From the human T2T-CHM13v2.0 reference genome, Homo sapiens: a stretch of 64,000 nt of DNA. The translations under genes were made by a program, and so were the position numbers. The first letter of the stretch is position 1, and each line of letters opens with the position of its first letter. The stretch lies in NCBI RefSeq assembly GCF_009914755.1, contig NC_060947.1. One strand, 5' to 3'. Shown here piece after piece: positions 1 to 21,012 of this stretch. The notes under the pieces were generated by a model. That model searched no databases, was not told where the DNA came from, and saw only the letters and a program-made list of their open reading frames with translations.

Positions 1-1
1 C

Positions 2-340
<339 letters not shown>

Positions 341-559
341 CTAGCCTGGGCAATACAGCAAGATCCCATCTCTAAAAAAAAAATCCAAAATTGCCTGGGC
401 ATGGTGGCATGCCTCTGTACTCCCAGCTACTTGTGAGGCTGAAGTAGGAGGATCATTTGAGCCCAAGGGTTCAAGGCTGCAGTGAACTATGATTGCTGCA
501 TTCCAGCCTGGATGACAGAGCAAGGCCCTTTCTCTAAAAAGAAAATAAATAAAAATAAA

Positions 560-2790
<2,231 letters not shown>

Positions 2791-2794
2791 AAGT

Positions 2795-2960
2795 ATACTC
2801 ATACTTGACTATGAATCCCACCTCTGCTACTTACTAGCTGTAGAATCTTGGGCATGTTATTCAACCTTTCTAGGACTGCTTTCTCACCTGTAAAATGGGA
2901 ATAACAGGATCTACCTCATTGGATTTTGTGAGAATTAAATAAAGTTAATACTTGTTCGGG
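2795..2960 (+). mobile_element. MIR fragment (paralogous copy at ~10660-11150, split by an Alu)
   Basis: MIR core TTTCTCACCTGTAAAATGGGAATAAC; Alu in the second copy has TSD GTTATTCAATCTTTC. Confidence 0.8.
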
Positions 2961-3050
2961 TGGTGCCAATAATTGTTAACCATTTTTTAAATTAATAAAC
3001 ATTTTATTTCCTATGACTTTTCTACTTCCAATAAATGTTTCTGACAATGA

Positions 3051-3699
<649 letters not shown>

Positions 3700-4062
3700 T
3701 GAGCCACCACGCCTGGCCTAGATTTTTTTTTTTCTCTCTGAGACAGGGTCTCACTCTGTCACCCAGCCTGGAGTGCACTGGCGTGGTGTTGCCAGATTTT
3801 TTTATATATAGATAAAATTCACATGTCCTAAGATTCACCCGGTTAAACTGTACAATTCGCTGGTTTTTAGCATATTTACAAAGATGTGCAATCATTGCCA
3901 CTATATAATTCCCCAGCATTTTAATCACCTCAATAGGTTTTTGTAATTGGCTGGTATATTTAGAATGGGGCCGGGCGCGGTAGCTCATGCCTGTAATCCC
4001 AGCACTTTGGGAGGCCGAGGCAGGCAGATCACGAGGTCAGGAGATCGAGACCATCCTGGCTA

Positions 4063-4645
<583 letters not shown>

Positions 4646-4747
4646 CTAATGCATGCATTTACTGAAACATAACTTCCTATTTTAGGTAAATTGTTGTACC
4701 TAAAATTTACGTGATATAAAGCACATGTTCATTTAAATTTTACTTAA

Positions 4748-5014
<267 letters not shown>

Positions 5015-5144
5015 TGATCAGCCAGCCTCGGCCTCCCAAACTGCTGGGATTACAGCGTGAGCCACTGTACCCGGCCCAGACAACATAAATTCTTATTTAT
5101 TCACCTCTCCTTATATTTTTTTTCTGGTGTGAAATAGCTGTTTA

Positions 5145-6330
<1,186 letters not shown>

Positions 6331-6558
6331 AGAGAGGTAGCAATTATCACCTTAATGAATTCCTTTCTTCACTTCTCATATTGTGCCTCACTTTCCCTAA
6401 TTTTCCTCGTTTTTTCATTTATAATATTTATTTCCTAAATAATCAACCTTGATGAGTACTTATGAGTGAGTGAGCTTGGCTTCTCAGTATTTGTCATTGT
6501 GGCTTTCATATTATCCTTTCACTTCTTACTATACTTTTGCATAATAGTTGTCTAATAA

Positions 6559-6939
<381 letters not shown>

Positions 6940-7094
6940 TGAGTCACCAAGCCCGGTCTCAACTGCTTTTTAACACAATGAAAAGTGGTTTAAGAATGTC
7001 TCAAAAATCTTTAAATTTGAAAATACCAATTGATCAGTAATCGGGGTTTTCTTGGGTCTGCGTCTTTAAAAAAAAAATACAGGGAAATTCGGAC

Positions 7095-10162
<3,068 letters not shown>

Positions 10163-10304
10163 TAGTAGAAAAGGGGTCTCAACATGTTGGTCAGGCTGGT
10201 CTCAAACTCTTGACCTCAGATGATCCACCCTCCTCAGCCTCCCAAAGTGCTGGGATTACATGAGTGAGCCACCGCGCCCAGCCTAAAATTGGTGAATTTT
10301 GTAA

Positions 10305-10547
<243 letters not shown>

Positions 10548-11392
10548 TAGCCAGGATGGTCTCGATCTCCTGACCTCGTGATCCACCCGCCTTGGCCTCC
10601 CAAAGTGCTGGGATTACAGGCGTGAGCCACCGTGCCCGGCTATTTTTTTTTTAAGAGTATACTCATACTTGATTATGAATCCCAGGTCTGCTGCTTACTA
10701 GCTGTAGAATCTTGGGCATGTTATTCAATCTTTCTTTTATTTTTATTTTTTTCCTTTGAGACAGAGTCTCACTTTGTCACCCAGGTCAGAGTGCAGTGGT
10801 GGGATCCTGGCTCACTGCAACCTCTGCCTGCTTCCTGGGTTCAAGCGATTCTCCACCTCAGCCTCCTGAGTAGCTGGGATTACGGGCACCTACCACCATG
10901 CCTGGCTAATTTTTTTTTTTTTTTTGGTATTTTTTAGTAGAAACGGGGTTTCACCATCTTGGCCAGGCTGTTATCGAACTCCTGATCTCAGGTGATCCGC
11001 CCTCCTCGGCCTCCCAAAGTGCTGGGAATACAGGCGTGAGCCACTGTGCCTAGCCGTTATTCAATCTTTCTAGGACTGTTTTCTCACCTGTAAAATGGGA
11101 ATAACAGTATCTACCTCAATGGATTTTGTGAGAATTAATGTTAATACTTGCTCGGCTGGCGCCAGTAATTGTTAACTATATTATTTTTATTAATGTTTTA
11201 TTTCCTGTGACGTTTCTACTTCCAATAAATGTTTCTGATCTTGAATTCCTAGGCTCAATGGATCCTCCCGCCTCGGCCTCCCAAAGTGCTGGGATGACAG
11301 GCGTGAACCACCGCGCCCGCCCATCGGGGTTTTCTTGGATCTGCTTCTTTAAAAAAAATACAGCGAACTTTGGATGCTTTTTTTTTCTTTGA

Positions 11393-11545
<153 letters not shown>

Positions 11546-11714
11546 TAGTAGAGAGGGGATTTCTCCATGTCGGTCAGGCTGGCCTGGAACTCCCAACCTC
11601 AGGTGATCCGCCCGCCTGGGCCTCCCAAAGTGTTGGGATTACAGGCCTGAGCCACCACGCCCGGCCTTTAATTAACAATGGATTTTATGATTTATTATTC
11701 ATTTTTATTTTTGA

Positions 11715-11840
<126 letters not shown>

Positions 11841-11955
11841 TAGCCACTGGGTTCAGCTAATTTTTGTAGAGATGGGGGTCTTCCTATGTTGAGCAGGCTG
11901 GTCTGGAACTCCTGGGCTCAAGAGATCCTCCAGCTTTGGTTTCCCAAATTGCTAG

Positions 11956-13594
11956 TGAGAGGTGACAGCGTGCTGGCAGTCCTCACAGCCCTCGCTTGCT
12001 CTCGGTGCCTCCTCTGCCTGGGCTCCCACTTTGGCGGCACTTGAGGAGCCCTTCAGCCCACCACTGCACTGTGGGAGCCCCTTTCTGGGCTGGCCAAGGC
12101 TGGAGCCCACTCCCTCAGCTTGCAAGGAGGTGTGGAGGGAGAGGCCCGAGCGGGAACCGGGGCTGCATGCGGCGCTTGCGGGCCAGCTGGAGTTCCGGGT
12201 GGGCGTGGGCTTGGCGGGCCCTGCACTCGGAGCAGTCAGCCAGCCCTGCTGGCCCCGGGCAATGAGGGACTTAGCACCCGGGCCAGCAGCTGCGGAGGGT
12301 GTACTGGGTCCCCCAGCAGTGCCAGCCCGCCGGCGCTGCTCTCGATTTCTCACGGAGCCTTAGCTGCCTTCCCGCAGGACAGGGCTCGGGACCTGCAGCC
12401 CGCCATGCCTGAGCCTCCCACCCACTCCATGGGCTCCTGTGCGGCCCCAGCCTCCCCGAGGAGCACCACCCCCTGCTCCACAGCGCCCAGTCCCATCGAC
12501 CACCCAAGGGCTGAGGAATGCGAGCGCACGGCGCAGGACTGGCAGGCAGCTCCACCTGCAGCCCCGGTGCCGGATCCACTGGGTGGAGCCAGCTGGGCTC
12601 CTGAGTCTGGTGGGGACGTGGAGAGTCTTTATGTCTAGCTCAGGGATTGTAAATACACCAATCAGCACCCTGTGTTTACCTCAAGGTTTGTGAGTGCACC
12701 AATCAACACTCTGTATCTAGCTGCTCTGGTGGGGCCTTGGAGAACCTTTATGTCTAGCTCAGGGATTGTAAATACACCAATCAGCACCCTGTGTTTAGCT
12801 CAAGGTTTGTGAGTGCACCAGTCGACACTCTGTATCTAGCTGCTCTGGTGGGGCCTTGGAGAACCTTTATGTCTAGCTCAGGGATTGTAAATACACCAAT
12901 CGGCACTCTGTATCTAGCTCAAGGTTTGTAAACATACCAATCAGCACCCTCTCTTTAGCTCAAGGTTTGTGAGTGCACCAATCGACACTCTGTATCTAGC
13001 TGCTCTGGTGGGGCCTTGGAGAACCTGTGTGTCAAAATTCTGTATCTAACTAATCTGATGGGGACATGGAGAACCTTTGTATCTAGCTCAGGGATTGTAA
13101 ATGCACTCGGCTCTACCAATCAGCAGGATGTGGGTGGGGCCAGATAAGAGAATAAAAGCAGGCTGCCCGAGCCAGCATTGGCAACCTGCTTGGGTCTGCT
13201 TCCACACTGTGGAAGCTTTGTTCTTTCACTCTTTGCAATAAATGTTGCTACTGCTCACTCTGGGTCCACGCTGCTTTTATGAGCTGTAACACTCACCGCG
13301 AAGATCTGCAGCTTCACTCCTGAAGCCAGCGAGACCATGAGCCCACCGGGAGGAACGAACAACTCCAGACGTGCTGCCTTAAGAGCTGTAACACTCACCG
13401 CGAGGGTCTGCAGCTTCACTCCTGAGCCAGCGAGACCACGAACCCACCAGAAGGAAGAAACTCCAGACACATCCGAAACATCAGAAGGAACAAACTCCAG
13501 ATGCGCCACCTTAAGAGCTGTAGCACTCACCGCGAGGGTCCACGGCCTCATTCTTGAAGTCAGTGAGACCAAGAACCCACCAATTCCGGACACA
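11956..13594 (+). mobile_element. Solo ERV9 LTR (LTR12C-like), full length, inserted into an Alu
   Basis: Begins TGAGAGGTGACAGCGTGCTGGCAG and ends CCAATTCCGGACACA; 4-bp TSD CTAG (11952-11955 and 13595-13598); GC-rich 5' part, CCAAT/TATC repeats at 12630-13125, AATAAAA box at 13151, U5 repeats at 13280-13560. Confidence 0.95.
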
Positions 13595-14253
13595 CTAGGA
13601 TTATAGGCACGAGGCCACCATGCCTGGCCTGTATTTTTTTTTTTTCCTCTGAGACAGGGTCTCACTCTGTCAGCCAGGCTGGAGTGCAGTGGCGCTATCT
13701 CGCTGGAGTTGTTTTTTTTTGTTTGTTTTTGTTTTTGAGACGGAGTCTCGCACTGTATCCCGGGCTGGAGTGCCATGGCACGATCTGGGTTTACTGCATC
13801 CTCCACCTTCCGGGTTCATGAGATTCTCCTGCCTCAACCTCCCGAGAAGCTGGGATTACTGGCGCACAGTACCACGCCCGGGAAATTTTTTTGTATTTTT
13901 AGTAGACAGGTTTCACTATGTTGGCCAGGCGGGTCTCAAACTCCTAACCTCATGATCCACCTGCCTTGGCTTCCCAGAGTGCTGGGATTACAGGCGTGAG
14001 CCACCAAGCCCGGCCGGATTTTTTTATTTAGATAAAGTTCACATGTCCTAAGATTCACCACATTAAACTGTACAATTCACTGGTTTTTAGCATATTTACA
14101 AAGATGTGCAATCATCACCACTGTATAATACCCCGGCATTTTAATCACCTCAGTGTGTTTTTGTAATTGGCTGGTATAAATATTTAGAATCTAAGATTAA
14201 GGCGGGGCGTGGTGGCTCAGGCCTGTAATCCCAGCACTTTGGAAGGCAGATCA

Positions 14254-14538
<285 letters not shown>

Positions 14539-14834
14539 TTAACTAATGCATGCATTTATTGAAACATAACTTCCTATTTTAGCTAAATTGTTGTACCAAA
14601 AATTTATGTGATATAAAACACGTATTCATATAAATTTTACTTAAGTATTCAATGAACACACAGATAACCTAAATTCTATTTTTTTTTTTTTGAGACAGTC
14701 TGGCTCTGTTGTCCAGGCTAGAGTGCAATGTCTCAATCTCAGCTCACTGCAACCTCCCCCTCCCAGTTTCAAGCAATTCTGCCTCAGCCTCCCGAGTAGC
14801 TGGGATTACAGGTAGTGCCACCACGCCCAGGTAA

Positions 14835-15020
<186 letters not shown>

Positions 15021-15034
15021 TAAAATAGCTGTTT

Positions 15035-15905
15035 ATAAAAAACAACTCCATTAAAAAGTGGGGAAAGGACATGAACAGACACTTCTCAAAAGAAGGCATA
15101 CATGCGGCCAACAAACACGGAAAAAAGCTCAATATCACTGATAATTCGAGAAATGCAAATCAAAACCACATGAGATACCACCTCACACTAGTCAGAATGG
15201 TGATTGTTAAAAAGTCAAAAAACAAAAGATGCTGGCGAGGTTGTGGAGAAAAAGGAACGCTCTTACACTATTTGTGGGGGTGTAAATTAGTTCAACCATT
15301 GTGGAAGACAGAGTGGCAATTCCTCAAAGCCCTAGAGGCCGAAATACCATTAGACCAAGCAATCTCATTACTGGGTATATAGCCTCTAAAATATAAACCA
15401 TTCTGTTATAAAGATACATGCACACATATGCTCACTGCAGCACTATTCACAATAGCAAAGACGTGGAATGAACCCAAATGCTCATCAATGATAGACTGGA
15501 TAAACAAAATGTGGTACATACACACCATGGAATACCATGCAGCCATAAAAAGGAACAACATCATATCCTTTGCAGGGACATGGATGGAGCCGAAAGCCAT
15601 TATTCTCAGCAAAGTAACGCAGGAGCAGAAAACCAAATACCGCATGTTACCACTTATAAGTGGGAGCTGAGTGGTGAGAACACATGGACACATGCGGGGG
15701 AACAACACACACTGGGGGCTGTCTGACGGCTGGGGGTGGGAGGAGAGAGAGCATCAGGAAGAACAGCTAATGGATGCTGGGCTTAATACCTAGGTGATGG
15801 GATGATCTGCGCAGCAAACCACCATGGCACACAGTTTACCTATGTAACAAACCTGCATATCCTGCGCATGCACCCCTGAACTTAAAAGTCGGGGGGAAAA
15901 AAAAG
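15035..15905 (+). mobile_element. Duplicated copy of the same L1PA 3' end, without the Alu
   Basis: Same 5' truncation point and flanks as 5145-6330; ORF 15428..15670 nearly identical to 5856..6098. Confidence 0.9.
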
Positions 15906-17391
15906 AGAGGTAGCAATTATCACCTTAATGAATTCCTTTCTTCACTTCTCATATTGCCCCTCATTTTCCCTAATTTCCCTCATTTTTTTCATTTATAATA
16001 TATATATATTTTGAGACGGAGTCTCGCTCTGTCACCCAGGCTGGAGTGCGGTTGGCGCGATCTCAGCTCACGGCAAGCTCCGCCTTCCGGGTTCACGCCA
16101 TTCTCCTGCCTCAGCCTCCGGAGTAGCTGGGACTACAGGCGCCCGCCACCACGGGCGGCTAATTTTTTTTTTTTTTGTATTTTTAGTAGAGACGGAGTTT
16201 CACCATATTGGCCAGGCTGGTCTCGAATTCCTGACCTCGTGATCCACCCGCCTCAGCCTCCCAAAGTGCTGGGATTACAGGCGTGAGCCACCGCGCCCGG
16301 CCTCATAATATTTATTTCCTAAATAAGCTAACTTGATGACTACTTACAAGTATTCTAAAGTGAGCTTGGCTTCTCAGTATTCGTCATTGTGGCTTTCATA
16401 TTATCTTTTCACTTCTCTTTACTATACTTTTGCATAATAGCTGTCTAACAAGTTTTTATGGAAATAAATTTATTGCAAACAAAAAAGGAAATAGCTGTTT
16501 ATGATAAAATTTGTATAGAAATGCAAGGAGAAAAACAAATCACTCAACTGCTTTTCAACACGACGAAAAGTGGGTTAAGGTCTCAAAATTCTTTAAATTT
16601 TAAAATACCGATTTATCGGTAATCGAGGTTTTTTTGGATCTGCTTCTTTAAGAAAAAAAAAAACAAAACACACACACACAAACCAGCGAACTTCAGACGC
16701 TCTTACGACACCTAGCTATATTCACTGGGAACGCAATCTAACGTCACCAAGGCCCACCTCCCGGGCCCTAGAAATCGCTCTCTGGGAACAAGCTGGGGAC
16801 TTTGATTTTGCTAGCCCTGCCCCTCTGAGCCCTTCACCAAACTTCCGCGCGGGGGCGCCCGCCCCGCCTCCCGCCGGGGCTCAGCACGCGGCCTTCTCCC
16901 AGCCAAGAGCCCCGTCATAGGTGGGCGCCGACCCCGAGCCGATCTCGCTTTATTAAATTACAGAAATCGGTATTCAAAAAAAAAAAAAAAAAGGGCGGGG
17001 AGGACACTCCCTCTTCTCTGTTCCCACACCCTAGCTGATTCCCAGGTTTCGGGAAACTCCACAGGAAACGGAAATGGTCTCTCCCAGGCCAGCGCGCGCG
17101 CCGGGTTGCATCACCCGCCTCGCACGGGCCGGCGGGGCGGGGGTTTGGTGGCTGCCCTCAGTATTGCCTGCACAAATATCTACCAGGTCTGCGACGAATA
17201 GCTCCAGCAACTTCGCACCGTGTTTTCCACTCAGCCTACCGACAGGCACTGTGCAGATTCAAGCGGAGAGATGTCCAAGCAGTGAGGCCGCTGCTGCACC
17301 GGCCATCCTGAGCCCCTACTCGGCCTTCCCGTCTCCGCTTCCCCGCCCCGCACTAGGACCCCTGCAGATGATCAGGCGGCAGCCGGGGTGA

Positions 17392-17420
17392 TTTCCTTCC
17401 TCTTTTGGCAACATGGCGGG
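17392..17420 (+). promoter_or_regulatory. TCT/5'TOP-like pyrimidine initiator followed by TISU/YY1-like element over the start codon
   Basis: TTTCCTTCCTCTTTT (17392-17406), then CAACATGGCGGG (17409-17420), an 11/12 match to TISU SAASATGGCGGC; reverse strand CCGCCATGTT fits YY1 CCGCCATNTT. Confidence 0.75.
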
Positions 17421-17481
17421 CGGAGAAGCTGGAGTGACTCTAGGGCAGCCGCATCTTTCGCGTCAGGATCTCACCACCTTG
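17413..17481 (+). CDS. EIF2S3: EIF2S3 exon 1 coding part ([23 protein letters not shown])
   Basis: ATG in caacATGG context; donor gtgagg at 17482. Confidence 0.97.
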
Positions 17482-18058
17482 GTGAGGTTTTGCTTGGGGA
17501 GGATGCAGAGTGAGCTCAGGAGTGGAGGTGACCGAGCCTCCCGGTGGTATTGGGACTAGTCAGTGTCGGGAGCATGGGTCAGGAGCCTGGGTCAGGAGGG
17601 AGACCTGGAACTGGGCGCCCTAAGCCATGCTCGCGCCGCCTGTACCCAGGCCAGTCCACGATCTGGGCGCAGGCGTGTACGGTCGTGGGACTTCTAGCTT
17701 CTGGAGGGTTCGGCTGGAAAGTCTTGATGTTGATTGTCATGGTTTCAGCCTCTGAACGTCTGGGAAGGGGGTGTCCTGTCTGCATTACTTTTAGTGCTAA
17801 TGTTCCCAAGATTGGGGGGATCTCTGACTTCCAGATATCCCCTAATAGTTGAGTGGAGGTGTAGTCTGTTGTGTAATGATGAAGGGCTCTTAACAGCTTC
17901 CCAGCCATAGGAGTACAAAGTTACTGATAGGGAAAAGGAGCTTTAGAAGTAGTGGAAAGCTGTGCAGATGGTGGCAAGATGTAGATAGCAAACGTAAAGT
18001 CAAAGGAAAAGTTCTCATTTGTTTTACGTGCAGTGTTTTAAAATATATTTCATTGCAG

Positions 18059-18122
18059 GATGTTACCAAGTTGACGCCACTTTCACATGAAGTTATCAGC
18101 AGACAAGCCACAATTAACATAG
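18059..18122 (+). CDS. EIF2S3: EIF2S3 exon 2 (DVTKLTPLSHEVISRQATINIG)
   Basis: ttgcag acceptor, gtaaga donor, in frame. Confidence 0.97.
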
Positions 18123-18707
18123 GTAAGAGTAACTTAAGAGACCTAACCTTGGTCTCCAACAATTAATTTTAACCTCACTTTTTGTGTGATTACTTGAATA
18201 GTATGAGGATTCAGATATTCAAGAAATAGATACTGAGTCCTTGTGAATAAAGCATCTGCTACATTTGCGGTGCAGGGGGAGCACAAAGAATGCTGCCCAC
18301 GTGTAGCTTACAGACTCGGTAAGAAGAAAAAATGGAGACATAAGAAAAGTTTAATAGCATAAGGCAGTATGTAGTCATATGTAGCAGAAGTTTAAGGAAG
18401 AGGTGAAAAATGTGGCTGTACTTGACACACAGGATTATTTCAAGGGCAGAATTTATGAAAGTTTTATTTGATGTACAAGCTGTGATTAAATAGAAGGTTT
18501 TTTTTCTTAATTGGCACCTAGAACTTTAGAGGAGAAGTTACGTTGACTGAGTGTAAATTTTGGACATTTTGAGTTTGTACAAACAGCACAGTTTGTACGA
18601 AAGTAAGTTAAAAAGTACAGAAGTAAGTTAAAAAGTAAGACTAGTTTTTAACCTAGTTAAAAAGTAAGACTCCACCATGAGGCTATTAAAGTTACAGTAT
18701 TACAGTC

Positions 18708-18904
18708 TGGAGCTTTAATTTATTAATGCAAACAAAGCCCAAATAAGCCTACAGGCCTTGAACTACTGCCCCTGCATTAAAAATTTTGGTTGAGGTGACC
18801 TTGGAGCATAACCTAACCTCCGAACAACCTATGCTAAGACTATACCAGTTAAAGCAAATTACTGTGCATATATTGACCCAATAATTTGATCAACGGAACA
18901 AGTT
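18708..18904 (+). pseudogene. NUMT: diverged fragment of mitochondrial 16S rRNA (MT-RNR2) in intron 2
   Basis: TGGAGCTTTAATTTATTAATGCAAAC...CCTGCATTAAAAATTTTGGTTGAGGTGACCTTGGAGCA...TTGATCAACGGAACAAGTT is colinear with recalled human mt 16S sequence, with many substitutions. Confidence 0.92.
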
Positions 18905-18980
18905 GCAGTTAAACTTAGGTTGTTTCCTTGTTTGTTCACAGATCCCTTTTTGTTGTGTCAGGGCCCATCATACCTGTTTA

Positions 18981-19335
<355 letters not shown>

Positions 19336-19434
19336 TTACATGGAAGTTTCTCTTAAGTCCTATATGAGAACACGTTTCTAGTAGGAAGGGGTATGGAGGA
19401 GGAAAAATTGAAGTCACTGTTGGTTTTATGTTGA

Positions 19435-19713
<279 letters not shown>

Positions 19714-19868
19714 TGATCCACCCACCTCGGCCTCCCAAAGTGCTGGGATTACTGGCGTGAGCCACCGTGTCCAGCTGGCTTTGGGTTTTCTACTCTTAAC
19801 ACTATTTGAAAAAATATTTGGTATGTAATTAAATACACATGAATTAATTTTTTGAACTTTGTCCATAG

Positions 19869-19996
19869 GTACAATTGGTCATGTAGCTCATGGGAAATCC
19901 ACAGTCGTCAAAGCTATTTCTGGAGTTCATACTGTCAGGTTCAAAAATGAACTAGAAAGAAATATTACAATCAAGCTTGGATATGCTAATGCTAAG
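19869..19996 (+). CDS. EIF2S3: EIF2S3 exon 3, P-loop GHVAHGKST and switch I ([10 protein letters not shown])
   Basis: catag acceptor, gtaagc donor; within ORF 19859..20080. Confidence 0.98.
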
Positions 19997-20080
19997 GTAA
20001 GCTGTGTACTGTGGAACGAGAAACTAACTTTAATTGTTGTGCAGATAACAAATCAAAATCTTTTTTTATTGAAATTTTAG

Positions 20081-20202
20081 ATTTATAAGCTTGATGACCC
20101 AAGTTGCCCTCGGCCAGAATGTTATAGATCTTGTGGGAGCAGTACACCTGACGAGTTTCCTACGGACATTCCAGGGACCAAAGGGAACTTCAAATTAGTC
20201 AG
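20081..20202 (+). CDS. EIF2S3: EIF2S3 exon 4 ([41 protein letters not shown])
   Basis: ttttag acceptor, gtgacc donor; follows an 84-nt intron. Confidence 0.97.
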
Positions 20203-20680
20203 GTGACCTCTCTTTTGCTACAAACACTACACTTTATATTTTATTGTCTTCTGTTTTGTGCTTTTTGAAATATCGAGGTGTTAAACGGTGAACCTAATGG
20301 CTAAATGGTTTTGTTGTTTTTCCATTGTTTATGTTTTTATGGGAAATCTGAAAAGTCAAGCATCTAAACCTAAGTTAAAATACTTACATGCAATTTCTCC
20401 AAACTAAAAGTATCACTTAAACAAAACAGAAAAACAACTCATTGGATTGAAGGGATTCTTTTTCTAGGCTTCCTGAATTTCTTTTAAACAGCGCTGTTTC
20501 TGTATGTTAAATAGGAGAGAAACAGAGCCATTTCTAATTACTTCTCTAAAACACTTGAACTTGTTCCCCATCTGTTTTCTGAATATGATTGCATACCTGT
20601 TTTTTTATCAGGATACTGACACCTGTCTAGTGATGTTTATGGGGATTGGAGATGCCCTACAAGGAATGTTTAGATTGGGG

Positions 20681-20981
20681 CAGGGCTGGGACCAGGGAGG
20701 GACAAGTGAGGCCTTCACCTCAAGCCCAAAATGTAAGTGGGCCTGGCGGTGGCAGGTATGCCAGAAAACTCAGTAATTAGGATAAATATTTTAATGCAGT
20801 GTTTTTTTTAAATTAATGCAAAAAATGTGATAAATCAGAATTTTAAATAAGGGCAGACTCTATTACTAAATTTTTTTCCCCTTTTGCTTTGGCTCAGCAT
20901 GGCATTGTATTTTGTTTATGATTGATTTTTTGCATTAATTTCGACTTTTTAAAAATACTGAATGCATATATTTTTCTTTCT

Positions 20982-21012
<31 letters not shown>

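Larger units (their letters stand above)
16740..17720 (+). promoter_or_regulatory. CpG-island promoter of EIF2S3 with GC boxes
   Basis: GC/CpG-rich non-repeat sequence around exon 1; GGGCGG/CCGCCC boxes near 16860, 16995, 17135 and 17342; poly(dA) at 16976-16992. Confidence 0.9.

Noticed and set aside
12630-13125. Regular direct repeats resembling a CRISPR array
   Set aside because: ERV9 U3 enhancer repeats; the intervening sequences are themselves repeated, DNA is eukaryotic, no cas genes
11952-13806. GC-rich ORFs up to 183 aa and a CpG-island-like stretch
   Set aside because: They lie within LTR12C and its flanking Alu; not a gene or a host CpG island
17031-17908. ORFs on both strands across the promoter and intron 1
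   Set aside because: Stop-poor GC-rich DNA with no recognisable domain; 17074..17391 ends before the inferred TSS so is not a uORF of the main transcript
18708-18904. Functional rRNA or humanin-like (MTRNR2L) gene
   Set aside because: Only ~200 bp, diverged, and excludes the humanin ORF
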